In this document: positions 59,423-64,000 of the stretch, in pieces
Position numbering within the stretch: position 1 is the stretch's first letter
How the letters are laid out: each line of letters begins with the position of its first letter
Assembly: GCA_965248355.1 (NCBI GenBank)
Contig: OZ252098.1
Span: 2,560,001-2,624,000 of the forward strand
Direction of reading: 5' to 3'
DNA length: 64,000 nt
Origin: Candidatus Latescibacterota bacterium
GTDB lineage: Bacteria > Latescibacterota > UBA2968 > UBA8231
Made by a program: the position numbers and the translations under genes
The notes under the pieces: model-generated
Seen by the model: the letters and a program-made list of their open reading frames with translations, nothing else
Database searches by the model: none
Told to the model about the DNA's origin: nothing

Positions 59423-60763
59423 ATGTACCAACGCTGGCGTCTCCTGCTGCGACTGCTGCCCGCGGCGGTCCTGCTCGGAGCAACGACACCGGTCCACGCG
59501 CAGGAGATCACGTCCATGGACGGATTCCGGAGCATGCCTCTGGTCTACCCGAAGTTCGTGGTCGACAACCTGTGGATCCTGATCGCGGCGGCCCTGGTCT
59601 TCGTCATGCACCTGGGCTTCGCCACCCTGGAGTCGGGTCTGACCCGGCAGAAGAACACGGTGAACATCCTGTTCAAGAACGTGTTCATCATCTGCGCCGG
59701 CATCATCACCTATGCCCTGACCGGCTTCAACACCATGTACCCCGGCGACTTCAACGGCTTCCTGGCCATCCTCGGGCCGATCGGCTTCAGCGACGAGGTG
59801 GCCAACCTGACCGCCGCCTACAACAACTACACCTACTGGGCGGACTTCATCTTCCAGGCCATGTTCGCCGCCACGGCGGCCACCATCGTCTCCGGCGCGG
59901 TGGCCGAGCGCGTCAAGCTCAACGGCTTCATGCTCTACGCCGCGATCCTGGTCGCCTTCTGCTACCCGGTGGCCGGCTCCTGGAAGTGGGGCGGCGGCTG
60001 GCTCGACGGCCTGGGCTTCTACGACTTCGCCGGCTCGTCCATCGTCCACGCCTTCGGCGGGTTCTCGGCCCTGGCCGCGGTCCTCGTCCTCGGGCCGCGC
60101 ATCGGCAAGTACACCCCCGACGGCCAGGTGCGGCCGATCCTCGGCCACAGCATGCCCCTGGCCACGATCGGCGTCTTCCTGCTCTGGCTCGGCTGGTTCG
60201 GGTTCAACGGCGGCTCGGTCCTCAGCGCCGACCCGGGCGCCGTCGCCCTGGTCTTCGTCACCACCTCGCTGGCCGCCGCCGCCGGGGGGCTGGCCTCGAT
60301 CTTCACCTCCATGGCCTACCTGAAGAAGCCCGACATCACCATGGCCCTCAACGGCATCCTGGCCGGGCTCGTGGGCATCACGGCGGGAGCCGACTCGGTG
60401 ACCTGGGTGGGGGCCATCCTCATCGGCCTGATCGCCGGCGTCATCGTCGTGTTCTCCATCGTCCTCATCGACCGCCTGCGCGTCGACGACCCGGTGGGCG
60501 CCATCTCCGTGCACGGCGTCTGCGGCCTCTGGGGCACCATCGCCGTGGGCCTGTTCAGCACCAACCCCGAGCACACCGTGGGCGTCCAGGTCCTGGGCAC
60601 CCTGTCCTACGCCTTGTTCGCCTTCGTCGCCTCCTTCGTGCTGGCCACCCTGATCAAGCACACCCTGGGCTTCCGCGTCAGCGCCGAGGAGGAGGACGAG
60701 GGGCTCGACCTGGGCGAGCACGGCCAGCCGGCCTACGCCGACTTCCAGTACATCGCCAACTGA
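59423..60763 (+). CDS. amtB: Ammonium transporter
   Basis: FQAMFA, DFAGSSIVH, GWFGFNGGS, DDPVGAISVHG. Confidence 0.97.
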   Translation: MYQRWRLLLRLLPAAVLLGATTPVHAQEITSMDGFRSMPLVYPKFVVDNLWILIAAALVFVMHLGFATLESGLTRQKNTVNILFKNVFIICAGIITYALTGFNTMYPGDFNGFLAILGPIGFSDEVANLTAAYNNYTYWADFIFQAMFAATAATIVSGAVAERVKLNGFMLYAAILVAFCYPVAGSWKWGGGWLDGLGFYDFAGSSIVHAFGGFSALAAVLVLGPRIGKYTPDGQVRPILGHSMPLATIGVFLLWLGWFGFNGGSVLSADPGAVALVFVTTSLAAAAGGLASIFTSMAYLKKPDITMALNGILAGLVGITAGADSVTWVGAILIGLIAGVIVVFSIVLIDRLRVDDPVGAISVHGVCGLWGTIAVGLFSTNPEHTVGVQVLGTLSYALFAFVASFVLATLIKHTLGFRVSAEEEDEGLDLGEHGQPAYADFQYIAN

Positions 60764-60785
60764 GCGACGACAGAGGAGAGAGAAG

Positions 60786-61124
60786 ATGGTCAAGATCGAA
60801 GCGTTTCTGCGCCCGGCGTCGCTGGAGAAGGTCCAGCAGGCCCTGGCGGAGGTCGGCATCGCCGGCCTGTCCGTGCTGGAGGTCCGGGGCTTCGGCCGCC
60901 AGCGCGGACACCGGGAGGTCTACCGCGGCGCCGAATACACCTTAGACTTCGTGCCCAAGATCAAGGTGGAGGTGGCGGTCCGGGAGGTCGACCAGCAGCA
61001 GGCCGTGGACGCCATCGTCGAGGCCTCCAAGACCGGCCACACCGGCGACGGCAAGGTCTTCGTCGTTCCCGTGCAGGAAGCCGTCAGGGTGCGCACCGGA
61101 GAGACCGGCGACAGCGCCCTGTAG
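60786..61124 (+). CDS. glnK: PII nitrogen regulator
   Basis: GFGRQRG..EVYRGAEY, GDGKVF, RTGE; adjacent to amtB. Confidence 0.95.
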   Translation: MVKIEAFLRPASLEKVQQALAEVGIAGLSVLEVRGFGRQRGHREVYRGAEYTLDFVPKIKVEVAVREVDQQQAVDAIVEASKTGHTGDGKVFVVPVQEAVRVRTGETGDSAL

Positions 61125-61159
61125 CCCCCACCACACACCAACCGGAAGGAACGGAGATC

Positions 61160-61813
61160 ATGCGCATCCGTACCCTCACCCGCACCCTCGCCGCCCTCGC
61201 CGCCCTCGCCGCGGCGGGCCTGGCCGGCCCCGCCCAGGCGGAGATCGGCCTGGGGGCCGACGTGGTCAGCCGCTACGTCTGGCGCGGTACCGACTTCGGC
61301 AACGCCGTCAGCGTGCAGCCGGGCATCGCTTTTTCGGGGGAGGCCTTGGAGATCGGCGCCTGGTCCTCGTGGGCGATCCACGGCGGCGGCGACAACGAGA
61401 ACGATCTCTACGTCTCCTACTCGGCCGGCCCGCTCTCCGTGACGGTGACCGACTACTACTACCCCGTCAGCGCGCCGGCGGACTTCTTCAACTACTCCGA
61501 CGAGGACGGGATCCACATCCTCGAGGCGTCGGCGGCGGCGGACCTCGGCATGGCCAGCGTCATGGCGGCCTTCAACTTCCTCGGCGACTCGGACAATTCT
61601 TTCTGGGTGGAGGCCTCGATCCCGCTGGCGGCCCTCTCCGGCGACGTCGAGGTCGGCCTCACCGTGGGCGCCGGCAACGGCGTCTACACCACCGACGGCG
61701 ATCCGGGGGTAGCGAGCGTCTCCCTGGACGTCTCGGACGGCGACTACTTCGGCTCCTACATCCTCAACCCCGAGGCGGAGATCAGCTTCCTCGTCATCGG
61801 ACGCAGCTTTTGA
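61160..61813 (+). CDS. TorF-like putative porin
   Basis: Signal peptide, SRYVWRG, ENDLY, DYYYP, C-terminal Phe. Confidence 0.75.
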   Translation: MRIRTLTRTLAALAALAAAGLAGPAQAEIGLGADVVSRYVWRGTDFGNAVSVQPGIAFSGEALEIGAWSSWAIHGGGDNENDLYVSYSAGPLSVTVTDYYYPVSAPADFFNYSDEDGIHILEASAAADLGMASVMAAFNFLGDSDNSFWVEASIPLAALSGDVEVGLTVGAGNGVYTTDGDPGVASVSLDVSDGDYFGSYILNPEAEISFLVIGRSF

Positions 61814-61958
61814 AAAAGACCTCCTCCCGGGCTGCGGGCCCCCGGGCGCGGCCTCTTCCGCCGCGGCCCCGGTGGCCCGCCCGGGGACGGAGCCCTATCG
61901 TTTTCCGGTTTCTCAAGGGAAACCCCCTTCCGCCCAATCCCCTGTAAGGAGGACAGGA

Positions 61959-63425
61959 ATGGCAAAGACCAAGACCGCAGCCAGGAAGTCCACGGCGCCG
62001 CCGGCCCCCTCGGGCCGGTCCGTCGTCGCCCAGGCCAAGCGCGATGGCGTGCAGATGGTCGACTTCAAGTTCGTCGACTTCCCCGGTACCTGGCAGCACT
62101 TCTCGATCCCGGCCGACAAGTTCGAGGCCGACATGTTCGAGGAAGGCCTCGGGTTCGACGGCTCCAGCATCCGCGGCTGGCAGGCGATCAACGAGTCGGA
62201 CATGCTCGTCATGCCCGATCCGTCGACGGCCTTCATGGACCCCTTCAGCCAGCACAAGACGCTCTCCCTCATCTGCGACATCGTCGACCCGATCACGCGC
62301 GAGGACTACGGCCGGGACCCGCGCAACGTCGCCCGCAGGGCCGACGCGTACCTCAAGTCGACGGGTCTGGCCGACACGGCCTACTTCGGCCCGGAGGCCG
62401 AGTTCTTCGTCTTCGACAGCATCCAGTACGACCAGAACGCCCACTCCGGGTACTACTTCATCGACTCCGTGGAGGGGCGCTGGAACTCGGGCGCCGCCGA
62501 GGAGCCCGGCAACCTGGGCTACAAGCCGCCTTACAAGGGGGGGTACTTCCCGGTGCCGCCCCACGACACGCAGCAGGATCTCCGCTCGGAGATGGTCCTC
62601 ACCATGATCGACTGCGGCCTCGACATCGAGCTGCAGCACCACGAGGTGGGCACCGCCGGGCAGGGGGAGATCGACATCAAGTACTGCCCCATGATCCAGT
62701 GCGGCGACGCCATGATGATCTACAAGTACGTGGTGAAGAACGTGGCCCGGAAGCACGGCAAGACGGCGACCTTCATGCCCAAGCCGCTCTTCGAGGACAA
62801 CGGCACCGGCATGCACTGCCACCAGAGCCTGTGGAAGGGCGGCAACCCCCTGTTCGCGGGCAACGGCTACGCAGGGCTGAGCGATACCGCCCTCTACTAC
62901 ATCGGCGGGATCCTCCATCACGCCCGCGCCATCCTGGCCTGGACCAACCCGACGACGAACTCCTACCGGCGTCTGGTGCCCGGGTACGAGGCGCCCGTCA
63001 ACCTGGCCTACAGCCAGCGCAACCGCTCGGCCGCGGTGCGCATCCCCATGTACTCGGCCAGCCCCAAGGCCAAGCGCGTCGAGTTCCGCTGCCCCGACCC
63101 GAGCTGCAACATCTACCTGGCCATGTCGGCCATGCTCATGGCGGGCCTCGACGGCATCCAGAACAAGATCGATCCGGGCGAGCCCATGGATAAGGACATC
63201 TACGACCTGGAGCCCGAGGAACGCGCCTCCGTGCCGCTGACGCCGGCGTCGCTGGAGGAGGCGATCCAGGCCCTGGAGGAGGACCACGAGTTCCTGCTCA
63301 AGGGCGACGTCTTCACCGAGGACGTGATCCAGGCGTGGATCAAGTACAAGATGGAGGAGGAGGTCGACGCCATCCGCGTGCGTCCGCACCCGTACGAGTT
63401 CGCTCTGTACTACGACATGGTCTGA
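61959..63425 (+). CDS. glnA: Type I glutamine synthetase
   Basis: FDGSSI, HHEV, FMPKP…NGTGMH, PGYEAP, DIYDL adenylylation site. Confidence 0.97.
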   Translation: MAKTKTAARKSTAPPAPSGRSVVAQAKRDGVQMVDFKFVDFPGTWQHFSIPADKFEADMFEEGLGFDGSSIRGWQAINESDMLVMPDPSTAFMDPFSQHKTLSLICDIVDPITREDYGRDPRNVARRADAYLKSTGLADTAYFGPEAEFFVFDSIQYDQNAHSGYYFIDSVEGRWNSGAAEEPGNLGYKPPYKGGYFPVPPHDTQQDLRSEMVLTMIDCGLDIELQHHEVGTAGQGEIDIKYCPMIQCGDAMMIYKYVVKNVARKHGKTATFMPKPLFEDNGTGMHCHQSLWKGGNPLFAGNGYAGLSDTALYYIGGILHHARAILAWTNPTTNSYRRLVPGYEAPVNLAYSQRNRSAAVRIPMYSASPKAKRVEFRCPDPSCNIYLAMSAMLMAGLDGIQNKIDPGEPMDKDIYDLEPEERASVPLTPASLEEAIQALEEDHEFLLKGDVFTEDVIQAWIKYKMEEEVDAIRVRPHPYEFALYYDMV

Positions 63426-63484
63426 GGCACCGCAGCCGCGCGGTCCGGTCCGGCCGGCGCGGCCGTCACCGCCAGTCGACACCT

Positions 63485-63522
63485 GGGGAGGTCCCCGAAG
63501 CAACGGGGATCTCCCCTTCTTC
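63485..63522 (+). terminator. Hairpin/terminator after glnA
   Basis: GGGGAGGTCCCCG / CGGGGATCTCCCC followed by TTCTTC. Confidence 0.65.
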
Positions 63523-63544
63523 ATGGCCGGCCTATATTCCCGGC

Positions 63545-64000
63545 ATGTCATCCGACGCAGCAGCGCTCGTCATCGGGACCCGCGGCAGCCCCCTGGCCAT
63601 GAGGCAGGCCGGCCTCGTGCGGGAGGCCCTGGCGGCGAGCTTCGGCGACGACCTGCCGACCCAGGTGCGGGTGGTGCGCACCCAGGGCGACGTGGACCGC
63701 CGCTCCCTGGCGCAGATCGGCGGCCAGGGCGTGTTCACCGCGGCGCTGGAGCGGGCCCTGCTCGACGGCCGCGTCGACCTGGCCGTCCACAGCCTGAAGG
63801 ACCTGCCCACCGCCATGGACCCGCGCCTGCGGCTGGCCGCCGTGCCCGAGCGCGAGGACGTGCGCGACGTCCTCGTCAGCCGCGGCGGGGCCGGCCTGGA
63901 GGATCTGCCCGAAGGGGCTTCGGTGGCCACCGGCAGCGCCCGCCGCCGCGCCCAGCTGGCCGCGGCGCGGCCCGACCTGACCTTCGTCGACCTGCGGGGC
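63545..64000 (+). CDS. hemC: Hydroxymethylbilane synthase (runs off the window end)
   Basis: IGTRGSPLA..Q, T.GD, G.F…E, AVHSLKDLP, REDVRD, TGSARR. Confidence 0.95.
   Translation, partial: MSSDAAALVIGTRGSPLAMRQAGLVREALAASFGDDLPTQVRVVRTQGDVDRRSLAQIGGQGVFTAALERALLDGRVDLAVHSLKDLPTAMDPRLRLAAVPEREDVRDVLVSRGGAGLEDLPEGASVATGSARRRAQLAAARPDLTFVDLRG

Noticed and set aside
61814..61958. Glutamine riboswitch upstream of glnA
   Set aside because: GC-rich hairpins are possible but I could not match the conserved glnA-motif core; an Rfam/Infernal search would settle it

Overview
High-GC Gram-negative bacterial chromosome segment; taxonomy cannot be fixed from the sequence alone. Housekeeping blocks: a sugar-acid/alcohol catabolic operon (195-4888), hsp20, pdxST, a lipoprotein/LpoB cluster, ino1-LysR, dusB, uppS-cdsA-rseP-queG, a NifA-like sigma54 activator with amtB-glnK-porin-glnA, and hemC. 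Two accessory regions interrupt these. Region A (~4.9-27.5 kb) starts at duplicated 3' ends of a Zn-dehydrogenase gene. It holds two IS256, one IS5, an IS91 remnant, a HEPN-motif gene split by two ISs (re-joinable in frame), two PhyH dioxygenases, a small-ORF/ImmA/phosphatase/ADP-ribosylhydrolase cluster, and a complete herA-sbcD-sbcC-nurA operon. Region B (~42.6-46 kb) holds a second small-ORF/ImmA-like pair and a decayed type II R-M system. The best candidate for an undescribed system is the two-gene module found twice: a small toxin-like ORF ending Y[HK]G[FW]P coupled to a large ImmA/IrrE-like protein. A clean GACA-N4-TGTC operator pair and a sigma54 promoter define the nitrogen regulon. 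All family calls come from motif recognition by eye; no database searches were run.
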